From Mustelus asterias (Eukaryota), in NCBI RefSeq assembly GCF_964213995.1, contig NC_135824.1, positions 52,638,001 to 52,702,000 on the forward strand: 64,000 nt of DNA. The letters run 5' to 3'. Each line of letters starts with the position of its first letter. Position 1 is the stretch's first letter. Shown here piece by piece: positions 23,727-36,122 of the stretch. The translations under genes and the position numbers were made by a program. The notes under the pieces were generated by a model that was not told the DNA's origin, made no database searches, and worked only from the letters and a program-made list of their open reading frames with translations.

Positions 23727-24377
23727 ACGTTGATTCCGCTATCAACATGGCCGCAGATTTAATAAACTTGGCAAAATAGTCAATTCGGGATATAAAGAGA
23801 TTTTATTTTTACGCAGCAAGATTTTTGATACCTGGAATACACAACCTTAAGTTGAGCAAGTTGAGTTCTGACTTTCAAAAAGGGAACTTGTCTCTACAAG
23901 TGCTAATGTTAAGCGATGGGGAAGGAGGGTGGTGGTGGGAGTTTCATTGTGATGCGTCACAGTTCAGATGTCTTCCTATTGTGCTGTATCATTCTGTCTG
24001 GATTTTCCGTGTGCTTTATTCAAACGGGTTGCCGACTAATTAACCAATAAAATCGACTTACTAAAATATCAATGCACTGCAAAATTAATCTAAGGGACCG
24101 TACTTGTTATCTACCGATTCCTTAGCAGCGCATGGTGCTCAGTGCCCACGTTCATCACTAGAAACCAGGCGGAAGCATGCAGCGGGGCTGTTTCTACAGT
24201 GCCTCTGTTATGATGGCCACGGGGAATCGTCAATACATCTTCCCGAAGACCTCATAGAATGAAAAAGAATGACCTCATAGAGGGATAAAACAACGAGGCG
24301 TTTAAAATCAGCTGGTTCCACTTGCGGAATGAAAATATTACAGCTAATGATATGTCAAACATTAGTAAGATCCATAA

Positions 24378-24578
24378 GAGCAAACTACTGCGGATGCTGG
24401 GATCCAAACACAAAAGAGAAAATGCTGGGAAATCTCAGCAGGTCTGACAGCATCTGTAAGGAGAGAAAAGGGCGGACGTTTCGAGTCCAGATGACCCTTT
24501 GTCAAAGGGTCATCTGGACTCGAAACGGCAGCTCTTTTCTCTCCTTACAGATACTGCCAGACCTGCTGAGATTATTAT
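24378..24578. mobile_element. Short palindromic Penelope-derived insertion with 9-bp TSD
   Basis: Imperfect inverted repeat 24431-24573 centred on 24502. GATCCATAA duplicated at 24369-24377 and 24579-24587. Confidence 0.75.
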
Positions 24579-26654
24579 GATCCATAATCAGAACAATGAA
24601 CAGTCCTGGACTGAAATACTCAAATGGGAAGCATTCCAAGCCAAGTTAGTTCAGAATTCATAATCGATGCATCTGTTAAACAGCACAATGGAAGCTGTCT
24701 ATTGTTGGCGTTATGAAATTAAATGACATTGCAGTGGAGAAAAAGTTAATAAACGGAAGCTTTCACAAGTGGAAGCAAATTGCGCAGCAAGTGACTGCTG
24801 TCCAGAGGGAAGCAGTCGAGAGAGAACAGAGGTCGAGAGTCAACTTGAGCCCAAGACCAAACCGGAAAGCAAGAACTGTGGTATACCGGTCAAGTCCCGC
24901 CCTGCATTAATAGGTATCCAGAATTCATTAAAGGTTTCTGGAGCACCTTCTCCAATCTGTCTCGTATTTTCGAAATGGTTAATGTTTCAAATGAACACAA
25001 TTAGAATACAAGTTCAAATCGTACGCAGAGTTTACATTAGATCCTATTTTAGTTATTATCACAAACGTTTGCCCTATGCTCACCATCTGATTAACCATTG
25101 AAAACGGTTTCGTTCTAGTTAACTTATCATCACTCTTCATAATCATGAAGACTTCTGGCTCATCGCGGGGAGAACTTTCCCTTCCTACTGATAAAGTACC
25201 AATTGCCCACTCTTTATAGAAATTATATTGCAATGTTCTTAGTCAGAATTTAGTTAATCCAGGCTAATGTTTCGTAACTGGCATCGCCTTTCTTGTACCA
25301 CTGAACTGTTAAACCAAAGAGATTAGGGTGTATTTAATTTACCATCTATATTCTTAGCGCAATGCTACAGCAATAATGGTGTTGTGAATTGATCATGGGC
25401 GATGGATCCTTATGTCGTCCTGGACCAGGAATCCAGAAGTCTGCAATAATGATTTGAAAAGAATCCACATCCCACCACAGCACAATGGGAATTTGAATTC
25501 AGTTCATTCAGTACTTAGGTTAAGAATTCTAGTGTCAGCAATGAGGACCATGAAACGACGAAACCGTTACAAAGAAACTCATCGTACACACATATCCTTT
25601 CGAGAAAGTACTCTGTCACCTTTATCCTGTTTGGCCTTCACTTGACTGCAAACTGGTCAGACATGTGAAACACAAATGACTCTTAACTGCCCGAGCTATG
25701 TGTCAGCAAGCCTCTCAGTTGTATTCAGGAAGACCATTTTCCATTAACTTCTCCGGAGCGATTAGCGAGAACCGATCAATAGTGGCCTCACGAGCCCAAA
25801 TCCCATGAACCAATCAAAGTAAAAGAAACAATCTCTATCAATTGCGCCTACAACAAATGGAGGCAGAAGATGATGAAAGCATCGAGCGGCAGAGATACCT
25901 GAGACCGGAGGTTCAACGTCACGCAAACTGCTGCACAATTTAATTGTCTGCTATGTCACAAAGTGCTCTTGTCTGAAATAGGTCTTGCAAGTTTGGCTCA
26001 ATATTATATACATTCATCGTCTCTCTCGGAATCTAGTGGAAATCATGATTAGCCTGTCCAAAGACAATGCGAATCATAGGCATCACTGACCTCTTAAGGT
26101 GATCATCAAGGGCAAATAACTCCTTTGTGTCTTGCAGGATTGCTTTTAAGTACAGAATCGTAAATCTTTCCACTAAGACAACCCATTCATTTCAGAAAGC
26201 AACCTAATAAATCGTATGTGACCAGTCTCCAATGAAAGTAGGTCCCTCCTTGAACAGTCAAAACCTGGACGTGGTACTCCAGATTCAGTCTCAGCTATAC
26301 ACTGTAGGATTATAGCACGACTTCCTATTATCACAGAAAATCAGTTGCTGTTGTCAAACTGTGAATGTTTCTTTATTACGTGATATGAGCTAGGCGGTCC
26401 ATAGCATTGACAAAACAAATGATTCGGCTTCCGTTCTATCGCCCTCAGATCCACCAGGGGGCCACTACATAATCATACTGACAAACGAGTATTTTCTTTC
26501 GGTCTGACAGAAGATATGGGCGCTATATGAGTATTATGCCATCTTTGCTGGTTGAGTATCAAAAAATAATTTTTATCGTCCTCCATTTAAGGAATATTTC
26601 TTTTAAAGCAGACCGTGTCTTATTTCTCTAAATTCCATTGCAATTTTAACTACC

Positions 26655-27380
26655 TTGGGGAGAGTTATAGAACAAAGAGATCTAGGAGTAAAGGTTCATA
26701 GCTCCTTGAAAGCAGAGTCACAGGTGGACAGAGTGGTGAAGAAGGCATTCGGCATGCTTGGTTTCATTGGTCAGAGCAGTGAATACAGGAGTTGGGATGT
26801 CTTGCTGAAGTTGTACAAGACATTGGTAAGGCCACACATGGAATATTGTGCACAGTTCTGGTCACCCTATTTTAGAAAGGATGCTATCCAACTAGAAAGG
26901 GTGCAGAAAAGATTTACTGGGATGCTACGGGAACTTGCTGGTTTGAGGTTTAAAGAGAGGCTAGATAGACTAGGACTTTTTTCCCTGGAGCGTAGGAGAC
27001 TTTCGGGTGATCTTATAGTGGTCTATAAAATAATGATGGCCATAGGTGAGGTAGATAGTCAGCATCTTTTCCCAAACGTTGGGGGATCTAAATCTAGAAG
27101 GCATAGGTTTAAAGTGAGAGGGGAGAGATACAAAAGGGTCCAAAGGGGCAATTGTTTCACACAGAGGGTGGTGAGTGTCTGGAATGAGTTTCCAGAGGCA
27201 GTAGTAGAGGCGGGTACAAATTTGTCTTTTAAAAAACATTAGACAGTTACATGAGCAAGTTGGTTAAAGAGGGTTATGGGCCAAACGCGGACAATTGGGA
27301 ATAGCATAATGGCAAAAACTGGGTGGCATGGACAAGTTGGGCCGAAGGGCCTGTTTCGTTGCTGTAAATCTCTATGACCC
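26655..27380 (+). mobile_element. CR1-type LINE 3' fragment (ORF2 C-terminus and tail)
   Basis: RDLGV..., LYKTLVRPHMEYCAQFWSP and LGLFSLERRRL motifs; GGGCCGAAGGGCC tail. Confidence 0.9.
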
Positions 27381-27403
27381 CTAAGATCCGTGTATCTCCC
27401 ATT

Positions 27404-27514
27404 GTTCCTTTTCGAAATTTAAGGTTTGATATTGCGATATGTTACCCCTTTTCGAAGTTTAAAGTCTGGTGTTGTGATGCTTTACCCCTTTTCGAAGTAT
27501 AAGGTCTGATGTAG
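27404..27514. repeat. Minisatellite, about 2.7 copies of a 40-nt unit
   Basis: CCTTTTCGAA recurs at 27407, 27447 and 27487. Confidence 0.8.
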
Positions 27515-28964
27515 TCTAGGACCAGACGGTACAATCTCAGAATAAGGGGTCACTCATTTACGACAGAAATGAGGAGGAATTTCTTCTCTCAGTGGGTAGT
27601 GAGTCTGTGGAATGCTTTACCACAGAGGGCTGTAGAGGCTGGGCTGTTATGTACGTTCAAGGTTGAGATCGCCAGTTTTAATCAGTAAGGAAATCGAGGG
27701 CTATAGGGTTGAGACCGGAAAAAGGGATTTGAGGATTAAAACATCAGATCAGTCACGATCGCATTGAATGTTGGAGCAGAGTCGATGGACCGAATGGCCT
27801 ACTCCTGCGCCTACGTGTTGTAGTAACTTTTGGCCTGCTTGGACCATCTCCACAGATAAAGAACCGATAATGAAATAATTTTTGAAGTGCAACCGTAATA
27901 GTCATTTTGAGAAACATAGCATCAGTACGGAAAGGTCCCACAAAGGACAAGGTGAAAAACACCAGACGATCAATTTTAGTGAACATTTATTCTCACTGGC
28001 ACCCGGACTGAATGCCCTTTCTCTTCCTCGGAATCACAGCCATGATGCATTTTCGGTCTGCAGTTGGAACTTTGGTTTATCATCTCAGCCACAAGAAAGT
28101 TCATGAATGCTGCCCCTTCCCACAGTGTGATATTTCCTCCGTACTGCGCTTGGAGTGTCAGCTTTGATTGTGTGCTCAAGTCTCTGCGGTAATATTTGAA
28201 CCTACATATCTCTTTCTCAGCTGTAAGGTGCTAGCCACTAAACCACTGCTGGCTGATAAAGGCAAATCGGAGGAAGTGATCAGTTACATAGGGGCGTTTG
28301 ATGTTCTCGATCAATCTCATTGTGAATACTACAACGCGCTTTGACACCGTCAGCACGCTATAGACTAACCAAGAAACCAGCAGTCGGAAATATGCTTTTC
28401 GCCTGAGGTATCAGAGGATAATGCGGTTGTAGTCGCAATGATTTGAATGAGGTCAGTACTCTTGTCGCTTCTCCATGTTTGGCGCGCTGGCGCTTATCTT
28501 TTCAGTTGCTCATTTCAGAGGACATTTTCAATTGTCTAAGATCCGTCTTGATCTAAAGTCTCATTCATTTAATCATCGACTTCATCATCATGGGTTCTTC
28601 AAGCTTGTTGCCTTTTTTGGTGATATTCACGAATGAGGTTCAGTGCTTTACCTGTCGAGAACTTCATCAGTGCTTCGCTACTCTCTCCAACTGACACTTC
28701 CATCCACACCTGGAACCACATTTCACAACTTTTAGTCTTTGGACTTCCGCTTTTCTCAAACTGCACATTTCAACTCCGTTCTGCAGGAGACCCGGGGTTT
28801 TCCGGCCCCGTTGTGGTGGGACCCGCTGCGGAGGTTTGGCGGCCCAGCCACAAGTCCATTGACTTTCGGCCTGAGCTGCAAATGCTGGCGAACGGGAAGC
28901 GGGGTGGGGGGGGGGGGGGGGGGGTGGGGATGCTTAAAATGCGATCCCATTTCACCATAGATTT

Positions 28965-29251
28965 AGTCATAGAATCCTACAGTGCAGAAGGATGCCACCC
29001 AGGTCCTATCCCCATTACCCCATGCTTTAACCTTAGCCAGCCCCCCTGACACTATCAGGCAATTTAGCATAGACAACCCACCTAACTCGCACACCTTTGG
29101 ACTGTGGGAGGAAACAGGAGTACCCGGGGGAAACCCACGCAGACACGGGGAGAGTGTACAAACTTCACACAGAGTGACCCAAGCCGGGAATCGAACCCGG
29201 CTCTCTGGCGCTGTCAGGCAGCGGGGCTAGCCATTGTGCCACCGTACCGCC
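28965..29251 (-). mobile_element. tRNA-derived SINE
   Basis: Similar to the other SINE copies. Confidence 0.75.
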
Positions 29252-32232
29252 CATTTATCCTGACCTCCACTGCCCAGCAATTATATATTCAAAACCTCAT
29301 AACGTAGGTATTTTAATTTCGTTCCATCAGCTTTGACCACTTCGTTCAGTTTCATCCATTAGTATTTGTGGATCATCTGCTAAGCTTGACACAATGGCCT
29401 GATTCTTGCACAACTCACTACCTTCAACAAACGTCTCCTTTTTGAATACTTTATAAACTTCCAAAAGACACTTGATGAAGCAACCTTCGACGCCAGAGAA
29501 TAATGAGAGTGGGGCCATTGCAGACCATGTAGGCAGAGTGACAGGGAAGAGGAAGGTGTGGCGAACAACTCAAAACAGTAAACGTTGGAAACTTTCAGCA
29601 ATGCCGGAGTTTTCTTTGGAGACAGAAATAAAGGTTAGCACAGTCCAAATTATCCGACCTTTCGTCAGAATCTTGGATTTGATTTCAAATCTTATCTATG
29701 CTTCTCTCTCCGCGGATGCTGTCAGATCTGTAGAATATTCCCAGCATTTTCTACTTTTAATTTCCAATTTCCCGCATCTGCGGTGGTTTGCTTTTGTTGT
29801 ATTGGGGCAGAAGGTGTTGGATGCCGCCATTTCACCACACATCCCTTTATTGTCTTATGTTCTGTGCCATTTATTTACAGTTAACCGCAAGCGTCATTGG
29901 CATCGTTTCGACAGCGTTCCCAGGCCCTTGTTGAATTTGTTTCGACCTTTCTTGTCGTAAACGCGGGAAAATAGCACTGATAGAATCCTCGCAGAGCTAA
30001 TCTCAAGTGTTATTCATGTTCACAAGTCTTTCAGGACTCCCATTCATATCCATACGATATTTCAATTAAATAGCCACAACTTGCATTGATATAGCTATTT
30101 GAAACTGCATGATCAAAACGTCGCAAGGAGCGTAATTCAGCCCATGTTTGGAGTAACATGAAGATATATTCGGGATGGGTGATCCGAATCTTGCTAGAGT
30201 TTGAGTAACATCTTTATGGAGGGTTGCAAGGTGGAGAGGTTTAGGGAAGGCGTGGCAGAAATCTGGCCACAGACAGAGAAATGCCAAGGTCAGAATTTGG
30301 TGGGTGGGAGTTCTGTCAGGTACCCTGAACCAGTTGCAAAGAAACAGACTGTTCAGAATGGTCCTCCCCTTCCCAGTTCAGCTCCCCCCTGCACCACGCC
30401 CCCTCACGACCTTTTCCAAATTTCCCTTAAAATGCATCGACGTTCTTCGCCCCAATCCACACTTTTTGAACATTCTTACCACTCTTGGGCAAAAGAAATT
30501 CTCAGGAATTATCGATGATGATCTTATACTTCCAAAACACGCTGGAAACTTTAACCTGTTTCTCTCCCTACAGATGCTACCAGACCTGCTGCGCTTTTCC
30601 AGAATCCTCTCGTTTTGTTCGTATTCCAGCATCCGGAATTACTGATATTTAGAGTTCTGTATCCCGTAAAAGCAGAACCATCTTCGATGCGTCTCCCTTT
30701 TTGGAAAACTGCATAATTTTAAATGATTCTATTCGTTCACTATCAACCCTTTGTTTCCCGAGAATAGAGTCCCAGATTGTTCTGTTTGCCGAGATAGGTA
30801 AAATGTCTCATTTTTAAATTTTTCAGCAAATTCTCCTTGCCTCCACATCCCTTTTGTAAACTCCATGCCATCATTGTCTACATTATTCTAAATGTCGATC
30901 CAAATAGTGGAGTTTTACCATAATGTTCTTGGGTCAGTGTTGCCCGGGTAACATTTGTAATTAACAATGGATTCACACCTTCATAGAACATAGAACATTA
31001 CAGCGCAGTACAGGCCCTTCGGCCCTCAATGTTGCACCGACCTGTGAAACCAATCTAAAGCCCATCTAACCTACACTATTCCAATATCATCCATATGTTT
31101 ATCCAATGACCCTTTAAATGCCCTTAATGTTGACGAGTTCACTACTGTTGCAGGCAGGGCAATGCACTTACTTTACTCACTTCAAAATCGCATTTATTGC
31201 CAATCGTTCCGTTCCGTTTCTTCATTCAACTTCTTCATTTTCTGTTAGGTACTTCTTGCAACCGATATAAACAGGAACAGCATCCGACGTTTATGTGTAC
31301 ATTAAGCAGCTAAGCAATAAAAACAAAATGGTGGATCTCAGAATGGTTTATTTTGGGGACAGGTGCGCTGTGACGCGGGACTATTTGCAGAGAAATGCAC
31401 AGGAATGCAAACAACGCCACACATCAAAATGACAGCTGGGCTGGAATAGAAATCTGAGTGACAGAGTGTGCATGATTTGCTGCATAAACGACTTGTGTCT
31501 CTTTGAGGGAAGGAGACGGGTAGTTCCTGACATCCAGTGCGTTGTAGATATAATGAAGATAATCCGGGAGGGCACAAGCAGAGGACGCAAGAATGGTAGG
31601 GGAAGGTCGGATGAATGGTGGAATCAAAAGAAGAGAAGAAGCCAGGAAGTGTAGTGGAAGTGAATGGAGGCAAGATTAATGGCCGGATGACTTCCTCCTA
31701 CTCCCATGTAACAAGTCAATGGATGAATGGCCGCCTAAACCTGTCCAAGAGGGTTAAAGTCTCAATGACCGCCACCTACCTATACAACAACGGGGATTGG
31801 TGCAATGGCCTGCCTCCGTCTTATACAACAAGCTCAAGTAAGGCTTAGTCTCCCTCCCGCCTCCCCCTTTTCCTGTGTAATAAGTGCAAGGGGGTGACTA
31901 GGCCTTGCTCTTCCTGTATAACAAATTGGATGGGCTGAATGACCTCTTCCAGTTCTTTTGTAAAAGACCTTTTCAGTTATTTTGTAAAAAGATTACTTGA
32001 CCTTAATAAGCCTCTTTCTGTTCCAACCTAACTGGCACATAAAGGTGAATAGTCTCCTCCTGTTCCTATCCAAGATGCTTCAGCGGATGAATGACCGCCA
32101 GTTGTTCCCACGGAAGAAAGCGCGAGGTGCTGAATAACATTCTCCCACTTTCCAAAAGTCTGAGCAGTTTTCGATATCTCAATCTCAAATCACACCACGA
32201 GATGAAGAGGCGGGGCCTTGCACCGCTCGAGC

Positions 32233-32260
32233 TCTTTTTGTATGAGCATAAATTACCGTG
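32233..32260 (+). other. 5' 12-RSS of D-beta
   Basis: TCTTTTTGT, 12-nt spacer, TACCGTG. Confidence 0.92.
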
Positions 32261-32273
32261 GGGACAGGGGGGA
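32261..32273 (+). CDS. TRBD: TCR beta D segment GGGACAGGGGGGA
   Basis: Near-identical to the conserved vertebrate D-beta1 GGGACAGGGGGC, flanked by 12- and 23-RSS, open in all three frames. Confidence 0.97.
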
Positions 32274-32312
32274 CACAGTGATAAAATGCAATGCAACCTC
32301 CGTACAAAAACC
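32274..32312 (+). other. 3' 23-RSS of D-beta (perfect consensus)
   Basis: CACAGTG, 23-nt spacer, ACAAAAACC. Confidence 0.97.
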
Positions 32313-32727
32313 TCGACGCACACGCCTATTGGCAGATCAGCAGAAGATCAGTGACAGTGGAGTCAAAGCGATCGACATCTCATGGTGATAATGGTAGGAG
32401 CATCGGAAAGGGCTTTGCACAATTGTCCGTCCAGTGCCTGTTTCTGTAAAATGAATCGTTTTTTGTTATTTGTGGAGACACACAAGGCACTCTACATCCT
32501 CAGATCTCTTCAGTGTCCTGGCCAACATTAATCGCTCTACTAACATAAAAATGACCTGATCACACACATCACTGCTATTTGATGTGATTTCTTGGCGAAA
32601 TCAGCTCCTGATCACTTGCTGAAATATATTTCATTGCTTCCAAAATGCATTGGTCTTCCTCGTGCATTGTTAAGCACTGCACTATTGCCTAACAGGCCAC
32701 GTTGATGTAAACCGACCTGCTGATGTG

Positions 32728-32775
32728 CTGGGACAACGGCCTATTTCGGGAGTGGCACCAAACTGACGGTACTAG
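32728..32775 (+). CDS. TRBJ: J-beta 1 GTTAYFGSGTKLTVL
   Basis: FGxG motif, donor GTAAG, RSS CGTTGATGT-12-TGATGTG. Confidence 0.93.
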
Positions 32776-33264
32776 GTAAGAAATTTGATTTCTTTCTCTC
32801 TAAATGCACGGCGGTGTGCATCCTACGCTCCGAGGGACGGAACTCAATATACCCCTTTATTTAGAAAAAGACCATACCTGTTCCATCCTCCAGCAACACT
32901 AAGTCGCTCGATGCCAAGCCAGTATACTTGGAGACGGCTGTACCGATTGGTTCAAACAGAAATGGCGAAGCGGCCATACTCTGAATACAGACACGACCTG
33001 TAACTAATTGCTAATTGGACCTCTAAAGGATGCTGTAGAACTAATAGATTAAAATTTGACCCATAGAGATCAGATTGCAGGGCAAGGTAGAATCCACAGA
33101 TTAAACTAAAATATACAGGTCAGTATAGCTTTCATATATTATCATGGAATCATCTGGGCTAGAATGGAATCCATGTAGTTCAACGGGATCATTCAGATTG
33201 GATATGGGCAGAATGGAAAGCAATACTGTTTTGAGGCTTTTTGAGAGGATGGGGTGTCACCGTG

Positions 33265-33312
33265 CGACAGATGTGAATTATTTTGGACAAGGAACCAAAT
33301 TAACAGTTTTGG
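33265..33312 (+). CDS. TRBJ: J-beta 2 TDVNYFGQGTKLTVL
   Basis: FGxG motif, donor GTGAG, heptamer CACCGTG, T-rich nonamer at 12-13 nt. Confidence 0.93.
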
Positions 33313-33504
33313 GTGAGTCGAATGTCGTTCTTAATTCTCGTTTATCCTCCAAGCGGTAATCAATAAGACGTTTAATTTTGCAAACCATGCAACATGAATC
33401 ATGTCCACCTGCCTCGTAAATGTTTATCTCTAAACGGAGCAAACTCTCTAAGTAGGGAAGGGACAGTTCAGGGACCTGTTCATGACTTAGAATTGAGCAT
33501 CGTG

Positions 33505-33552
33505 CAGGGAACACAGTTTACTTCGGCGACGGGACGAAGTTGACAGTTTTGG
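33505..33552 (+). CDS. TRBJ: J-beta 3 GNTVYFGDGTKLTVL
   Basis: FGxG motif, donor GTAAG, RSS TGTTCATGA-12-CATCGTG. Confidence 0.92.
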
Positions 33553-34134
33553 GTAAGGTGACTGCGTTCTTCCTATTGACTAATGTATATGTCTAGACGC
33601 ACCTAAATAATCGCGAGGGCCAATATTCAGTATTTGGATATAAAAAGCTCAGCACTGATTACATGGGCTAGGTTATCATTCTCATGAATACAGAACATGA
33701 AATGTTTATATAATCGAGGCGTTTAAAATGACTGAACGAATTGGTGGAGTAGATTGAGGGAAAAGATTTACTGTTGCCAAGGGAGACCAGAACATTTTCA
33801 GTTAGAACAGGCCGTTCTAGTTTGATGTCGGAAAGCTCCCATTGACTCAAAAGGTAGTGGGAATCAGGAAATTACTTCCCAAAAAGCTGTTGAGGATTTG
33901 AAAAATCCAAACTCCCTATAGATAGGCGGAGGTAAGCAATGGTGCCTAATGTGGCTGAACAAAAACTGGATGATGGGGTTAAGGCACATTGATGATGTGA
34001 CAGGCTCAAATGGCCGCCTCCTATCCCTATGTTCCTACGTTTCGTAATGGTTATTAACATAGCAAAAGCTCCAATAAAACTGAACTCACAACCCAGACTT
34101 GGAGGGGATTTTACTACAGCCCTGTACCTCTGTG

Positions 34135-34184
34135 TTCTGCTAGTGAAGCTTATTTCGGAAGTGGGACAAAACTGGTCGTTTTAG
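34135..34184 (+). CDS. TRBJ: J-beta 4 SASEAYFGSGTKLVVL
   Basis: FGxG motif, donor GTAAGT, RSS GATTTTACT-12-CTCTGTG. Confidence 0.93.
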
Positions 34185-35583
34185 GTAAGTGAATACATTC
34201 CTAATACTGGAGAAAGTTGGTTCAATTTACGAATTCATGCGGGAGGTGGAGGGAGTGAAAAAAATCGGAATTTGGTTCATTAATTTCAACTTTACAGCTT
34301 ACTATGGCAGACTGGCTGATGTTGAACTCGTTTCACTGTAGAAAATGAGTCAATATTAGGAAGAATCTCTCAACCAAACAGCAACAATGTAGATGCAAAC
34401 AAAATTATTTGGTCAATGAGGGTAGAACAGTAAACAGAGGACACATCTGTCAGACTAAAATCATCAGGCTCAATTGTTCTTTACTCTGTTTAGTCTAGGT
34501 TATATGAAGAATATGGTACAGGCATTAGATATGGTTTACAAATGAACAAGAATGGTAGTGAAACTAATGGCTATAATTATCAGGAGAGATTGAAGCGGCT
34601 TGAGCTGAAGGGTGACCTGATAGCGATTCAGATTATGGAAAGTGCTTCCAGAAGATAGACCTAGAAAAGGGCTTTCTCTGTAGTGGATCAGAAGTAGGGT
34701 AGGAGCCATCAATAGAAGAAAGTCACTCATAAATCCAATTAGAGAAACATCTTACCACAGAGAGTGGTGATAATTCGCTACCACAGGGCTAAGGTGAATA
34801 GCATAGATGTTTTTGAAGATGAAGCTGCATAAAGACATGAAGGAGAATGTAATCGAACCTGGTGGAAATTGAACGTTATCCCACGCAGTCCTCACTAATC
34901 TGTAACAGTAATAAATTCATGTATTTTAAAATTACTCTTTGAATAGTGCTGTTAAGCTATTTCGTATGTGCACAATTGGGGGAACAAAGAATTCATCCTT
35001 GAGCGTATGAAATCAAAGAGTTACATTTTTGTGAGAGGTTCCTTGAACTATGTCTGCAGTGTATTAAATATAAATGGTTAAGAGGTGTTCAAATTGATCT
35101 GTATGAGATTATTATAGGATTCAGATGTCTAACGAGCACTAAACTGTTCGCTCTGGTGTGGCGAGTGCTCACAAAGGGGGTGAACTTCTATAGTTAGAGC
35201 CAGACTGGCCATGAGCGATGTCAGAAAGAATTGTGTTGACATAAAGTCTAGTGGAATTCTTAAAATGTCTCCCCCAGGAAGTTGTTAGGACTGGAGGGAT
35301 TTAGTGGAGGGCATTGAACTGAGGAAGGGGCATTCTCAATTGAAAATTTCAAATGTCTGATTTACTGATTCCTAGATAAGCCATGATCTAATTTAATATT
35401 AGAACAAGCTCATTCAGCTATATGGCTTCAGGCCATATCAGGCCACGTTCCATTGTTATTATGTTTTTAGATCCTCGTGTTCCTTTGGTCCTACGTTCCT
35501 CTGTTTCCATTGTTATGTATAATCCTCTCGGGGCACAAATCACAGAAAGGTTAGATGTTTTATAACAGGCATGAACCTTTGTG

Positions 35584-35633
35584 CTCTGGCAGCACCTACT
35601 ATTTCGGAGCTGGGACAAAATTAACTGTTTTAG
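35584..35633 (+). CDS. TRBJ: J-beta 5 SGSTYYFGAGTKLTVL
   Basis: FGxG motif, donor GTAAGT, RSS TGTTTTATA-12-CTTTGTG. Confidence 0.93.
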
Positions 35634-35763
35634 GTAAGTGTATGTTTAGATAAACATACATTTATATGCATAGCTTTATCTACCTGCCAACCTAGTTATT
35701 TACCTATATGTCTGTATATCCGACCATCACTGATGTGTTTTAGTATTGTTATTTAGTATAGTG

Positions 35764-35817
35764 CAGGCGGGTATGACCCTCTGCACTTTGGGGAAGGAAC
35801 GAAATTAACGATTTTGG
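35764..35817 (+). CDS. TRBJ: J-beta 6 GGYDPLHFGEGTKLTIL
   Basis: FGxG motif, donor GTGAGT, RSS TGTTTTAGT-12-TATAGTG. Confidence 0.93.
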
Positions 35818-36071
35818 GTGAGTTCGATTTCTATTTTTATTAAAGCAAGAGTCGTGTGTTTTGAGCAGAGTTGAATGACTGATACTACGAAATTTTGCAG
35901 CACTGTCAGGACTGCAGAATTGAGAGCACATTTAATTTCAATTAGATACCGCCTCGTTAGTTCATAAAGTTGCATTAACTTATAGTTATCTCACGCTAAG
36001 TGAAGACCTCTATCAAATGTTTGGAGCAGTAAGTGTTGCGGAGCGTTTTTGTGAAGTGACATGATGATGTG

Positions 36072-36122
36072 TGAACAACCAACCCTTGTATTTTGGAGAT
36101 GGAACTAAACTGACTGTCTTAG
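36072..36122 (+). CDS. TRBJ: J-beta 7 NNQPLYFGDGTKLTVL
   Basis: FGxG motif, donor GTAAG, RSS CGTTTTTGT-12-TGATGTG. Confidence 0.93.

Noticed and set aside
28120-28200. TACTGCGCTTGGAGTGTC translates as YCAWSV, like the V family
   Set aside because: It lies in an old SINE-like repeat (cagtactgcactggagtgtcagc-type core). There is no upstream V framework and no RSS after it.
28296-28380. GTTTGATGT-13-CATTGTG followed by NTTTRFDTVSTL*
   Set aside because: No FGxG, no splice donor and no properly spaced 3' RSS; probably a chance cryptic RSS.
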